IMG/VR virus record: IMGVR_UViG_3300034777_000158
Location: 1 to 46,538 of that record
Length of the DNA stretch: 46,538 nucleotides
Source of the DNA: a virus
Lineage: Duplodnaviria > Caudoviricetes
Strand: one strand, 5' to 3'
Shown here: in pieces, positions 38,201-46,468 of the stretch
Numbering within the stretch: the first letter of the stretch is position 1
How the letters are laid out: each line of letters starts with the position of its first letter
Program-made: the position numbers and the translations under genes
The notes under the pieces: model-generated
What the model saw: only the letters and a program-made list of their open reading frames with translations
Told to the model about the DNA's origin: nothing
The model's database searches: none

Positions 38201-38459
38201 CTGCTTGCTTGAGTGATTCTTGGACGCCTTCGTCGTCGCCCATCAGCGTACTGGCAATAGCACCAAAGTAGTTGCCACTAGCACGCATGCCAGAGACACC
38301 GGCTTCGAGACCGCGGCCAAATAACTCAGCGTTGCTTCTTGTCGGATCGCGCTCTGTCAGTACTTCAGGGGTTATGCCTTTGTTTGTTGCTGCATATTCA
38401 TCAGCTTCAAAAAAACTCTGAATTAAAGAGTCGGCTGTGCCCTCCATCGGATTGGACAT
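32295..38459 (-). CDS. Giant internal virion / DNA-ejection polyvalent protein with NADAR-like and zincin domains
   Basis: 2054 aa; Gly/Ala-rich N-terminus; LSNL...TVEHAYQ..K; HELGH...EEWFAD. Confidence 0.75.
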   Translation of the reverse strand: MSNPMEGTADSLIQSFFEADEYAATNKGITPEVLTERDPTRSNAELFGRGLEAGVSGMRASGNYFGAIASTLMGDDEGVQESLKQAERHDREAADALSGLQTFEGFLEAPTFESGIEQFMIAGGQGIPSLATTITASIATGGTAMLTGMLGRGVIDVGRKAAVKKVIKNSADKVADGTADAAERELVEGIYGGLKNLNFKSGAIAGGLAAGFVPLSGENLSEGIESGREVDTDLAIRSLFVAAPQAALELASPAAMLKNFSKVAAKTADASDGILSTLLKETLAGAGKGFATEAITEAGQETISVLNRADMDPNFEFEDGYMRIAQAAFQGGVAGKIAGGAGGAMAGSAKAANSIFDQAKQRVEDSQEQRIADEIEEEGNQPPPSENAPYEPTTEERADIESVKDQDEFSQLQMDYYDNYGGPEEPVKRDMETGDKKITLQAQFREKAATAFESLAAKNPNDQRIQNLATRYVAGNQSVRDGILSTMFGPQRDEQYIDPSTTDGATDEQISEFFQAEGYQEATQEYPVTENAVKADPTRVFPNTEESRDAYEKAFGDTDFTDPTYAYMTEAFLRQAASTKQEFGDVDLQVDRDLLGKPTAYRLTRTDFKRDEQAPNKEFVEDELKLAMNSTFADGSGAEIVLPTGEVAPINLVNLTDSGRRLLQKRGDLTFQGGAQQQMARKGLPEFLSELKQIDPAYDILVNGVSLYGVNNGPLGPQIPARTETMTAGGETFTRGAKNDKENPTGAMVNGEEIPLTEVLQPPSEDTSRSRAFVLTYPDETKGEFKTEYKRYDDLRSAKQAAARAKADGRSAEAFLKPKGPVYVVTGKRLVKQPIKREPPVNVFYGSGENASLSNLAARPFAYGERDYLTVEHAYQTLKGGSFDQKTYDAYNRLPDATGKKIAGPRAVTKDNANITLMEELMKASFEQNADAAKALTDTGQAGITHTQDRGVWKKEFPRILTDIRKSLRPSEGTRGSSTQVKSGDAPAPQSGPASNAQESMGRQQAIAQYNADSLRMEQDRAKQEFSNEQSEQKTFFNPEEADAYAARLKNEFGFDNVKVEEVGMQLEPKSESDPDAVTGDETGLQQGDYNIDPDTGKRLYDGVPMTTLNLESNPKFQMDRRSALPRRAPRPQPGAGKKVGAATATYPVGALSDTVSQAIGRAMRVIRPSKPVAIMGVKEILAKTDVELREMFDHPAVIADVKRQAERMKGRPTAFGHYMGYRNAHMILIDNTKGNELQQALVASHELGHVLFQEEKDGILENPMLRQYMWRAFERARADKDAPEAYRGEENLAFEEWFADQVAIWSKRDLARKDARAQPRGIIQRTFGKIAGKLEQMWKAVRGELRKRFSNNEFSPKFDDFMDNVVQKHRRNSERDGSVSNVPFYTKKLVRDMEAAMSDKQKEGAEKSTNLFQKIMFGNKSRELTKWILAEDNMMRAISPKIADMFYVQAGSTNKGSALGFLNAKNDKRNELLNDLEDILGTDWETQEVRDALDLASSDAETATMEGKGRELRDWFTKLHEDYISQSPGNEVGFRENYWPIALDLAGIYGAPEEFIQTILQWNPEANEASIRKTVDGLVAQRAHILADGEIEFDATNPLKVVEEARILTENVPPQALRKFTESPEVALIRYVRHQVIRNEFLRHTRNIDGKDLLEPELNKLNAADRQKVTDMIERYLGYTKTPLNPKLQKVNSYFQLFNWVTLLPLATISSIPEMGGAILNTREFNGFGMSLEAIKKQLNNREQGVQLARSIGVTVSTAMGNLGLTQADDEYLDPRVRKYSDKFFKAIGLDFFTRFTREFASGMAVEFLKNHASPDTKNPRSERYLSMHGVDAATVRKWESNQVEGEHYNFQGPEGEAVKAALRRFVENSMLRPNAAERTAYGNDPRFALVWALKSYLYSFGKVIMGGIAREMVTRYGESDTKFQAMSSIGMMGLLSAAAFMPLAMFSLELRELAKAGIAGALPGVSADARYFRSDRMDIGTYTSEIFDRAGFQGPLSIFSSALNAEKYGGTGISLFGPTAGFIVDDIGMGLYRGEGWEIVPDRLIPGYSLVY

Positions 38460-38462
38460 AAG

Positions 38463-41021
38463 CTACTTCCCTTTGTTCTTCTCAGCCTGCACGCGCTGCT
38501 CGATCGCTGTGTTTTGAGCGGCGATGTTAATGATGCTTTCAACAATTTCAGAGCTATAGCTTCGTCTTAGGTTCGATATACTGCCGCCAAAGTCCAAGCG
38601 TTTGCTAGTGGTTGCAGGATCTCGGAAGTAAATGCCTGTCACCTTGCCATCTTTAACCTCAGCGCGAAGCTGTCTAGCGGCTGGATTAACACCTGCGCGT
38701 ACCTTGGCATTTTTGTTAAACCAATCTTCCCAACGATCGCCGAAATTAAAGAAGGACGCTGAGCCTTGCTCTTTGCCGACCATCATATCTGTCAGTACTG
38801 CTTCTAGACCCGCATGCTCATAAGCCAGTCGTTCTCTTCGGTTCGGAGCGTTACGGCCTTTTGCAAAAAGCGTACTGGCAGCATTAATAGCATCTTGCCG
38901 TTTATCAAGCGTGTAACCGCCGTCAGGATCTGTGTATAGATTTCTAATTTTTTCTAAGTCGTCCACTACAGAGTCCAAAGTAGCTCTGTCAGGTCGTGCG
39001 TCTTTAGACTGCTCGAACTCAAACTCCTCCTGCTGTCTTACCTCAGCTTGTGCATTTATGTAAGCGTTCTCCGCAGAGATAGCGGTCTTCTGCATTTGGT
39101 CAAAATTCACGTCCTGGCTACCAGTAACAAACTGATTCGACATCTTCTCAACTAGCGCCAATTGTTCTTTTACCTCAAGGTTGGCGTTTTTAGCTACGGC
39201 GAAAATAGCTCGGTACTGCTCTTCTGTCGGCAGTTTTCTAACCTCAGTATTGAAGTTGCTTGCGTTAATACCTCGGCTCTGTAAGAACTGCTTAGTAACC
39301 TCTGAGTCGGGGTCACTAGCCTCGTTCATTATGGCTTCACGTAATGCATCGTCTGAATTAAATCTAAACGTTGGTGCTATGCCTGTCTCGACTTCAGCTT
39401 CAGACGGGGCCTGCTGCTCCGCCTCGTCAGCAGTCTGGCGATAGGCCAACGCGCCCGCGCTTATAACGCCTGCCTTAGTTGGTGAGATCTCTAGGTCATC
39501 GTAGCGACCTCTAGGAGCAGCACCGCCGCCAGGAAGTGGTGAGCTAGTTCGTACTTCGGGTTTACTTGTTCGATTTACCCAACGTGTATCGTAGTCACTA
39601 TAATCACGTCTCTGAAACGCCTCGTCGGCTCTGCGCTGGTTCTGAGTTGCTATAACCTGTTCTCGAGACTGCTTTGCTGCTCCGCCTTTTGGTGCGCTAG
39701 GGGCCGGTTTCTTACGTGTAAGTGCTTTCTTCGCAATCCACTCTAGCGCCTTTGGTGCGCCCCTGAGTACAGCTGCACCTCCACGGACTGCTAAGCCTGT
39801 TGGGTTAAGTAACAACAGACCGCTGCCAACCATCAATGCGGCGTCAACTGGGTTTTCTTTCGCCCATTGCAAAGCAGCTTCTGCTTTCTCGCCTGCTACT
39901 TCTACAAAGCCCTCAGCCTTATCGGTCTGCTGCTTTCTACCTTCGCTGTTAACCAGTTTTTTAACTTCAGGATCAGCGCCCTGTTTCTTGAGATCGTTTA
40001 AGATTTTCTGAGCGCGTTTCGGGTCAGAGAAGGTTACCTTCCCGTTGTCGTCCGTCGATCTTAAAGAATCTAGCTCACTGACCAACGCAGCGTCTGGCTC
40101 TGCTTGAACCGCTGTGTCTTTAGGTGTGTCCTGTAAGCTCTTAGCTTTTTCGGTAGCAGCATTACGGATTGCTTGCGCATCCAGCTTTAGGAACTCAGCA
40201 ATTTGATCAAGTTCGTTAGTGTCCGCCGCCTTTACTTGCACTTGAAACTGTCGGTATTTACTAGGATCAGCACCCACGTTCATTTTCTGTTGAGCTTCTT
40301 CTTGCACAGCAACGCGTACCATCGCGTTTTCGAGATCGGTCATGTCCTCGTATTGGGTATTACGGTTGAACCTGCCAATAGCATAACTATCACTCATTGC
40401 ATTTGTAGTGATCTTTCTAAAGGTCTCCATGTCCATTCTTTCTATGGGGTCTGCGTTATCCGCAGTAGTGCCAACCGTTACTGGTCCTTCGCTAGAGCCG
40501 TCTACGCGCTTGTTTGTAAACACTACGCCTGTCGCTTCGGCCCGCGTCGTTGGTCTATTGAGGTCATCGACATACTGGAAGTCCGTTATCTCATTCGCGA
40601 TAAGCTCGCCACCAGTCCCTTTGCCGATGTTGTATTTGTAGTCAGCATTAAATATCTGAATTACTTGCTGTTTCCCGTCATCGAGAATTCCGTCGATATT
40701 AAAGTCAAACGTTTTACCGTTCGTTCCATCCGTAACGAAATCACCCATACCCTCAAGACGGCCCCAGGCAGTTACATAACTAGCTGCTTTTTGGGACTCG
40801 TACTGCTTATCTTGAGAGTCTTGATTTGTAATTTCGGCTGTTTGTATATCGAGTTGCTGTTTTTTCAGCTTCCCAGCATGGAGTTCTTGTTGGCGCTTAT
40901 TCTCTTCTTCAGCGAGCTTTAGGCTGCCTTCTCGATAGCTATTGTAGTCGGCGTTCTTCTGCATCTTCGATGCTCGATCGAGAACACTAAGGAACCCGCT
41001 TCCAAAATCTGCATATGACAT
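38463..41021 (-). CDS. Internal virion (ejection) protein
   Basis: 852 aa, helical with a central hydrophobic segment; position between pilot-like and giant proteins. Confidence 0.6.
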   Translation of the reverse strand: MSYADFGSGFLSVLDRASKMQKNADYNSYREGSLKLAEEENKRQQELHAGKLKKQQLDIQTAEITNQDSQDKQYESQKAASYVTAWGRLEGMGDFVTDGTNGKTFDFNIDGILDDGKQQVIQIFNADYKYNIGKGTGGELIANEITDFQYVDDLNRPTTRAEATGVVFTNKRVDGSSEGPVTVGTTADNADPIERMDMETFRKITTNAMSDSYAIGRFNRNTQYEDMTDLENAMVRVAVQEEAQQKMNVGADPSKYRQFQVQVKAADTNELDQIAEFLKLDAQAIRNAATEKAKSLQDTPKDTAVQAEPDAALVSELDSLRSTDDNGKVTFSDPKRAQKILNDLKKQGADPEVKKLVNSEGRKQQTDKAEGFVEVAGEKAEAALQWAKENPVDAALMVGSGLLLLNPTGLAVRGGAAVLRGAPKALEWIAKKALTRKKPAPSAPKGGAAKQSREQVIATQNQRRADEAFQRRDYSDYDTRWVNRTSKPEVRTSSPLPGGGAAPRGRYDDLEISPTKAGVISAGALAYRQTADEAEQQAPSEAEVETGIAPTFRFNSDDALREAIMNEASDPDSEVTKQFLQSRGINASNFNTEVRKLPTEEQYRAIFAVAKNANLEVKEQLALVEKMSNQFVTGSQDVNFDQMQKTAISAENAYINAQAEVRQQEEFEFEQSKDARPDRATLDSVVDDLEKIRNLYTDPDGGYTLDKRQDAINAASTLFAKGRNAPNRRERLAYEHAGLEAVLTDMMVGKEQGSASFFNFGDRWEDWFNKNAKVRAGVNPAARQLRAEVKDGKVTGIYFRDPATTSKRLDFGGSISNLRRSYSSEIVESIINIAAQNTAIEQRVQAEKNKGK

Positions 41022-41023
41022 GC

Positions 41024-41824
41024 TTACGCTACCTTCTTAAATTCTACGTCGACTTTGCTGTAGTCAACTTTCATGTATCCGTTGTCGGCTTCAACAGTCG
41101 CCCAAGGCACTTCTGCAGCCATTACACCCTGGTAGCGGCCTTCTGCACCTGTGTAGTTAAACTCGTAGATATTTACGCCGCTCTCAGAAACACCCACTTT
41201 CTCGATGTCGTGCTTGAGACGTCTATCACTAAATGCAGCTATTAGAATCGCAGTAGAAGCAAGCGCACCGACGGTCTGATACGTAGCGGCTTTGTTAGCT
41301 GCTTTAGCTGATTCGTAGGCTGCGTTGCGCTGTGCCTGACCCGAAGCTGCGGTGCCCATCATCTGCTGGGCATTTACGTTAACGCCTTGACCAATAGATA
41401 TTAGGTTCGCTGCTAGACTCTGGTTGAGGTCTTTCTGTCTCAACTTGGCGTCATTTACTGCTTGGATGCCGCCCAGGGTTGACGCGCTTTCTGAGCTACG
41501 CTCCATTGCTTGGCGTTGTGCTGGAGTTACTGCAGCACCGTAACGGCCTAAATTACGTTCGTTGATGCCTTCGGCTAGCTTTTTTGCATCTACAGAGTCA
41601 GTTCTGGCAGCGTCAATTAAGCTCGTGTCAGTACGCGCTTTGTTGATCAAGTCTTTCTCGTACTGCCCAAAGTTGTTCTGAAAGTCCAAATACTCCTGAC
41701 GGGTGATGTTAGCCATCGCCTGTTCAGGATCAGATACGGGGGTCAACCCCATATCGCTATTGTTGTAATAGTAGTAATTTGGGTCACGTCGGCCCATCAC
41801 ATATTCTGAACGTCCCGTGCTCAT
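41024..41824 (-). CDS. Internal virion protein with C-terminal peptidase-S74-like domain
   Basis: Ala/Gln-rich body, hydrophobic segment, then SDRRLKHDI...Y...GVMA.EV...VDY. Confidence 0.7.
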   Translation of the reverse strand: MSTGRSEYVMGRRDPNYYYYNNSDMGLTPVSDPEQAMANITRQEYLDFQNNFGQYEKDLINKARTDTSLIDAARTDSVDAKKLAEGINERNLGRYGAAVTPAQRQAMERSSESASTLGGIQAVNDAKLRQKDLNQSLAANLISIGQGVNVNAQQMMGTAASGQAQRNAAYESAKAANKAATYQTVGALASTAILIAAFSDRRLKHDIEKVGVSESGVNIYEFNYTGAEGRYQGVMAAEVPWATVEADNGYMKVDYSKVDVEFKKVA

Positions 41825-42378
41825 TAGCCCATCCCCATCATCATATCAGCGCCTTTTGCCCATTTACCACCTGCTGATTTAGCGCCAAACAGCATTGAGG
41901 CACCCGCAACTTCACCTATCGCCGCGTTCTTAGCGGCGGCTACTTTTTGCTCATCTCGAAGTTTAGAGAGCCCTTTTTGGGTATCAATGTTTGATAAGGT
42001 CTGCATGCTACCCATCGCCACCTGACCCTGACCTCGGGCGGTGTTAAGTACCTGACTCGAGGCGTCGTTATTCGCTTCTAGCGCCGTGGCTCGAGCTAAA
42101 CCCTGTTGATTAGATTGAGCATCAGAAATAAGACCGGCAGTATTAAGAGCTGTCTGCCCGCTAGACGACAAGGTACCGAGTTGGGATGCCGCTTGCATAG
42201 TGTCTGCGTTAGTTCGACCACGCGCTATGTTCTCGTTATCTTTAGAATTCGTTGCGTCTCGCTGCTCAAGTAACAAAGGCCCAAAGTTCTCTTTGAAGTT
42301 GTTGTACTCAGCTTGAGCAACAGCAGCGGTCATCTTCTCATTTGCTGACGGTTGTGGTTTTTTAGGTTTGCTACTCAT
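41824..42378 (-). CDS. Internal virion protein
   Basis: Ala/Gln-rich, MSSKPKKP start, coupled to neighbours. Confidence 0.55.
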   Translation of the reverse strand: MSSKPKKPQPSANEKMTAAVAQAEYNNFKENFGPLLLEQRDATNSKDNENIARGRTNADTMQAASQLGTLSSSGQTALNTAGLISDAQSNQQGLARATALEANNDASSQVLNTARGQGQVAMGSMQTLSNIDTQKGLSKLRDEQKVAAAKNAAIGEVAGASMLFGAKSAGGKWAKGADMMMGMG

Positions 42379-42791
42379 TACAGTTCTCTCGTGTAAATTA
42401 CAGTGTCTTTCTTCCAGCCCTCGGCAAGTAAATAACCTTCTAACGACGTGACTGGCGTTCTGACTTCTATACTAGTAAAACCATGTTCTTTTGCTGCTTG
42501 AGCGAAGAAGGAGTAGTACTTAATTACGCAACTTTGTCCGCGCTCCTTTGCCCATGCGAGCCATACTAAAAAAGTCTTTGCCCCTGTAAACTCATCACAC
42601 TCTTCAGTAGTGATTACAAATCCCTCTGGTGCTACCCAAAGGAGGGCTTCCCCGTTTAGAACAGCTGCATAAACATCTTCTGGTCTAAACGTAAGCTGAG
42701 GCTGCTCAGCTATAATTTCTTCTATGCCGCGTTTTACCCAATCCCATTCTCGCCTTACGTTGGCAAGTAAGGGTTTATCCGCCGTGACCAT
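42378..42791 (-). CDS. GNAT-fold-like virion assembly protein
   Basis: GFVI...LVWLAW...A.EHGFTSI...GW; likely start MVTAD. Confidence 0.5.
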   Translation of the reverse strand: MVTADKPLLANVRREWDWVKRGIEEIIAEQPQLTFRPEDVYAAVLNGEALLWVAPEGFVITTEECDEFTGAKTFLVWLAWAKERGQSCVIKYYSFFAQAAKEHGFTSIEVRTPVTSLEGYLLAEGWKKDTVIYTREL

Positions 42792-43455
42792 ACCTTCTGC
42801 GTCTCGTGCGCCATGCGCCTGAAGCTCCGCCATACTTAACACTCCTGTGGATTGCGGTGTCTGCATTACGTGCTCTACGCTCGGCGTCATCTACGCCCCT
42901 GCTAAATAGCTCCCCATAGACCGCCGCTCCTTTCATATCGGACCAGTCTTTGTTGGGGATTCTTAACAAGCGAAATAGCGCGCCATTAATAATCGTGTCG
43001 CGATAATCATTCATCACGTCGTTGTCGCACGACGTACTGGTGTGTGTAGGTCGTAGAACTGCACGAACAATTGTGCTGCCTACGATGGTCACACTAGGGA
43101 TTGGCGCTAATATAAAAGTAGCTGAGTTCTGTTGGATAAAGTATTCAGGCACACCAGAGTCTTCACGCCACTTGGGTAACCGCTGCTCAAGCAGGGTAGT
43201 AGTCGTTGGCTCGAGGTCTTTACCTTGATGCGTTGCCCATAGGATCTTCCTAACGGATGTTCCCGAAGGTGGCTCAAGGTCGTATTCGAACAGGCCGGAC
43301 ACTGTGGTTACAGGATCTAACTCTGCTTGGTAGACACTTGCTTTATCACAAAGCTCTACGACTGCTGCTCGAATATTGTTTTCGATCAGTGTGTCGGGAC
43401 AACCTGGGACCATAGGTAAGATCTCAGGTAGTAACGACTCATAGGTAATCGCCAT
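42775..43455 (-). CDS. Head-tail adaptor / tail tubular-like protein
   Basis: PGCPD, EYDL, LAPIP, I..GAL.RL..IP.K.WSD; position after the capsid genes. Confidence 0.6.
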   Translation of the reverse strand: MAITYESLLPEILPMVPGCPDTLIENNIRAAVVELCDKASVYQAELDPVTTVSGLFEYDLEPPSGTSVRKILWATHQGKDLEPTTTTLLEQRLPKWREDSGVPEYFIQQNSATFILAPIPSVTIVGSTIVRAVLRPTHTSTSCDNDVMNDYRDTIINGALFRLLRIPNKDWSDMKGAAVYGELFSRGVDDAERRARNADTAIHRSVKYGGASGAWRTRRRRYGHGG

Positions 43456-43458
43456 GCG

Positions 43459-44154
43459 TTACACCATTTGTGGTTGAACTTGTTGTCTACGTTCCATATT
43501 TGGGTTAGTGATCGCGTCTATCTGACCTTTGCCCGTTACAGAAGCAGTAAATAGCTGGAAATGGCTCGAGGCGCGCTGCTGGTTACCAGCATATTCAGCG
43601 TCTTTCATGTAAGCCATATACAGCACGTAGTTCAAGACGGCGTTAGCGAATATATCGGGGATCGATAAATTACCTGACTGGGCAACAGTGGCTGGGTTGG
43701 AGCTATAAACGATTTCTAAGAAAGCGTCGCCATCAACACCAGGGTACACGTAGAAGTTTCTTGGGTTTTGCTCTTCATACACGTAGTGCTTAACAATATT
43801 AGTGTGCGCTGCATCACCAGCTACTGACGGGTCGTGCCAGTCTGGGGTTTGTCCGTTAAGAACTTCTGCATCTACAAGCCGTACTGAGCGCTTACCCGTG
43901 CCGTTAGAGGCTGCAGACATATTGCGTATTACCTTGAGCAAGCGGTTACCGCCTGATGGAATCTCTTGCTTAGTGCCGTCTACCAAGGTAATAGTAGTGT
44001 TTGTCGCACTAGCGTCTGGCTTCAGTAAAGCAATCTCTCGCTGCGCATCATTAATCCACAAAACCAACTCGCCGACTACTGGCCATCTAACGCCTGTAGT
44101 GTCTTGAAGTACTGTTTGCGCTCTGTCAATAACGCTTTGAACTGTGACTGCCAT
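43459..44154 (-). CDS. Head-tail adaptor-like protein (DUF6682-like)
   Basis: LQD....RW...EL..WINDAQ, FYVYP, YVLYMAY.KD.E. Confidence 0.65.
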   Translation of the reverse strand: MAVTVQSVIDRAQTVLQDTTGVRWPVVGELVLWINDAQREIALLKPDASATNTTITLVDGTKQEIPSGGNRLLKVIRNMSAASNGTGKRSVRLVDAEVLNGQTPDWHDPSVAGDAAHTNIVKHYVYEEQNPRNFYVYPGVDGDAFLEIVYSSNPATVAQSGNLSIPDIFANAVLNYVLYMAYMKDAEYAGNQQRASSHFQLFTASVTGKGQIDAITNPNMERRQQVQPQMV

Positions 44155-44163
44155 GATATTTAC

Positions 44164-44544
44164 CTATGAGTTGAGTGCTATTTCCCAAGCTGCTTCTCGA
44201 TCTTCACTTCTCACAGTGCGACCTAGCATCTTGTTCACGACGGCTGCTTTCGGCGTACCATCGTTCTTAAATGAGTTTGGATCAGCTTCCTCGATCAGTT
44301 TTTGTAGTGCTTCGACTAGTCCCTCGTCGATCTGTACAGAATCCTGTACATCAGTTATTTCTTCGAACACTGCTTCTTCAGCATTTTGTTCTTCGACATA
44401 TTTGTCGTTGTATTCTTTCGCGCCCATCTGAATTGCTATTAGGCCAACTTCATCTGCAATTTCGCGGGGTACACCGGCTTCAAACAACACGACGGCGCCA
44501 CCAAGGGTCGTCACTCGTAATGACTCACTGCTTACAATCTTCAT
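44164..44544 (-). CDS. Hypothetical protein
   Basis: AAAGG RBS; lies directly after the capsid terminator. Confidence 0.6.
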   Translation of the reverse strand: MKIVSSESLRVTTLGGAVVLFEAGVPREIADEVGLIAIQMGAKEYNDKYVEEQNAEEAVFEEITDVQDSVQIDEGLVEALQKLIEEADPNSFKNDGTPKAAVVNKMLGRTVRSEDREAAWEIALNS

Positions 44545-44557
44545 GATTAATACCTTT

Positions 44558-44587
44558 AAAAAAGAAAGCCCCCTCCGAAGAGGGGGC
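44558..44587 (-). terminator. Rho-independent terminator after the capsid gene
   Basis: GCCCCCTC-TTCG-GAGGGGGC followed by TTTCTTTTTT on the minus strand. Confidence 0.9.
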
Positions 44588-44594
44588 GATTGTC

Positions 44595-45740
44595 TTACTG
44601 TGCGGAGTCTAGAGCGATGATGCCGAAGTCCTGTACAGAGCCACTGATGTCGCTGTTGTACTTAGGCTTACGGAGACCAAAGATCTTGCCTACGCTGATA
44701 CCAGACTGGTTGCCATAGTCGAAAGTATCTTCAACCATTTCAGGCAGACCGATGTCAGCCAAAGCCAGAGCCTGAGCACCACAGAACAGAGCACGTCCGC
44801 CAACTACGTCAGCATCAGCACCCCACTTGTAGCCAGCTGCGCCAGCGTTCTCTGAAGTACCAGTAGTAGCGCCAGAAGTGTTAAACACATGGCGGAACTC
44901 GTGGATCATTACACCGTCAACCATCAGGCTAGAAGAACCAGCGAACAAGCTGTTGCTTGATCCGCGTACGCCAGCGTTACGAACGTTAGCGATGAAGTCA
45001 GAATCTAACTTCAGGTCAGCCATTTGCTGTGGAGTAACAAACATGTGGAAAGTTTCCTGGTTACCAGCACCACGAATACCACGGATGTAGTTATCTTTAG
45101 CATATGCTTTCAGGTTTACGATGTGCTTGTAGCCGATCTTGTCAGCTGCAGTTACAGCAGTAGTATCACCGGCAGACAGGTTTACACCGTTGATTCGCAG
45201 GTGACGATCTGAAGTAGGAGCAGATACGTCTGAAGCGAACTCAAGGTCAACCAACTCGTGTCCAGCTGTACTAGAAGTGGCACGCAGACCGCCGTTGTTT
45301 TTGTAAGTGTATGCAACGCCAGACATAGACAAGAATGCCAACTGGTCACAACGGTCAGCCATTGCATAAGCAAGAGCGTCGCGTGATTGCTCACGGAAGT
45401 TAACTACAGTCTTCTGGTCGGTCATACGGCCAGCGATGCGGTTAGCAAAACGTAGCTGATCCAGCTCAATGGTGATGTCATACGCGCGGAGGGCTTCTTC
45501 GTTCCCTTCCAGCGTGTTGTCACCAGTGATACCGTCACCAGTCATGTCAGCAAGCAAAGTAATGTTAGCTTTGGTGCCTTTTTGGTTTTTAGTCAGTTCA
45601 GTTACGCGCTGTACCATTGCGTTTGAACCAGAACCAGCGAACTGGTTGATGAAAGATTGGTTGCGAGCTACTTTCCAGAAGTCGCGGCTCCAGGTTTGGA
45701 GTTGGTCGCCAGTAAGCGTACCGAAATTTGTTAAAGCCAT
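44595..45740 (-). CDS. Major capsid protein (DUF4043 / N4-gp56-like)
   Basis: GDNTLEGNEEAL, DQLR, GAQAL...E..DYGN; strong GGAGG RBS; downstream terminator. Confidence 0.85.
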   Translation of the reverse strand: MALTNFGTLTGDQLQTWSRDFWKVARNQSFINQFAGSGSNAMVQRVTELTKNQKGTKANITLLADMTGDGITGDNTLEGNEEALRAYDITIELDQLRFANRIAGRMTDQKTVVNFREQSRDALAYAMADRCDQLAFLSMSGVAYTYKNNGGLRATSSTAGHELVDLEFASDVSAPTSDRHLRINGVNLSAGDTTAVTAADKIGYKHIVNLKAYAKDNYIRGIRGAGNQETFHMFVTPQQMADLKLDSDFIANVRNAGVRGSSNSLFAGSSSLMVDGVMIHEFRHVFNTSGATTGTSENAGAAGYKWGADADVVGGRALFCGAQALALADIGLPEMVEDTFDYGNQSGISVGKIFGLRKPKYNSDISGSVQDFGIIALDSAQ

Positions 45741-45774
45741 GATGGCCTCCTATTAAATTGACGAAATAATTTAT

Positions 45775-45952
45775 GCGGCACATGCCGCCTTATCAGCCGA
45801 CTTAAAGGAGCGGCTAATCCGTATCTACGTATCGTGTAGCAACGGGTTAGCGCTTATTAACGAGGTGCGACCTCGACAGGTTTTACGCCTTTGTAGGCGA
45901 GGGGTACGTTTTTTACGGCTACGGGCCGACCACATATCGTAGTGATGGACGT
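45775..45952 (-). ncRNA. Candidate structured RNA / capsid mRNA leader
   Basis: At least six adjacent inverted repeats in about 180 non-coding nt. Confidence 0.45.
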
Positions 45953-45960
45953 ATAAATCA

Positions 45961-45977
45961 TATTAGTACAGCTAATA
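45961..45977. promoter_or_regulatory. Operator-like palindrome
   Basis: tattag tacag ctaata, next to TATAAT and upstream of the capsid leader. Confidence 0.7.
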
Positions 45978-45991
45978 TTATAATGCAAACG

Positions 45992-46468
45992 CTATTTTAA
46001 AGGGTTAGAGACATAATCGAGCGCCTCCCAAACAGAATCTAAATCCCGTCCGATTGCCTGAATTCTTTTGTCGATATCTTCGCTCTTAGCTGTAATTAGT
46101 TCAGCCTGCTTTACTGTGGACTTCATGGTCTCAATGTCTTTCTCAAGATCAGTGACCTTTGTCTTTATATCCAGTAGACCAGACTGCTGATCCTTAATGG
46201 TTACGAGGTTTACGCCCAGCTCAGCTAGTTTGCCTTGCAGCTGACCTACATCATTTGCTTCAAGCTCTTGCTCAACCAGTAAAATCTTTTCTTCCAATGG
46301 CGCGATGTCTGGAATCTTCTTTGATTCGACTGCCTCTAATCGACTGTACAGCGAGCTTGCTGTCCACACGCCACCGCCAAGAGTGGTCGCAAGGCTTAGT
46401 AGTATGGCTATGTAGACGCCTTTGAAAGACGTTCCGCCTATCGTTAATTCAGTTTCAGCTAAACTCAT
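45992..46468 (-). CDS. Membrane-anchored coiled-coil protein
   Basis: N-terminal TM VYIAILLSLATTLGGGVW followed by heptads. Confidence 0.6.
   Translation of the reverse strand: MSLAETELTIGGTSFKGVYIAILLSLATTLGGGVWTASSLYSRLEAVESKKIPDIAPLEEKILLVEQELEANDVGQLQGKLAELGVNLVTIKDQQSGLLDIKTKVTDLEKDIETMKSTVKQAELITAKSEDIDKRIQAIGRDLDSVWEALDYVSNPLK

Noticed and set aside
40203-40922. 239-aa antisense ORF and other short antisense ORFs across the window
   Set aside because: Fully nested opposite well-supported genes; no recognisable motifs
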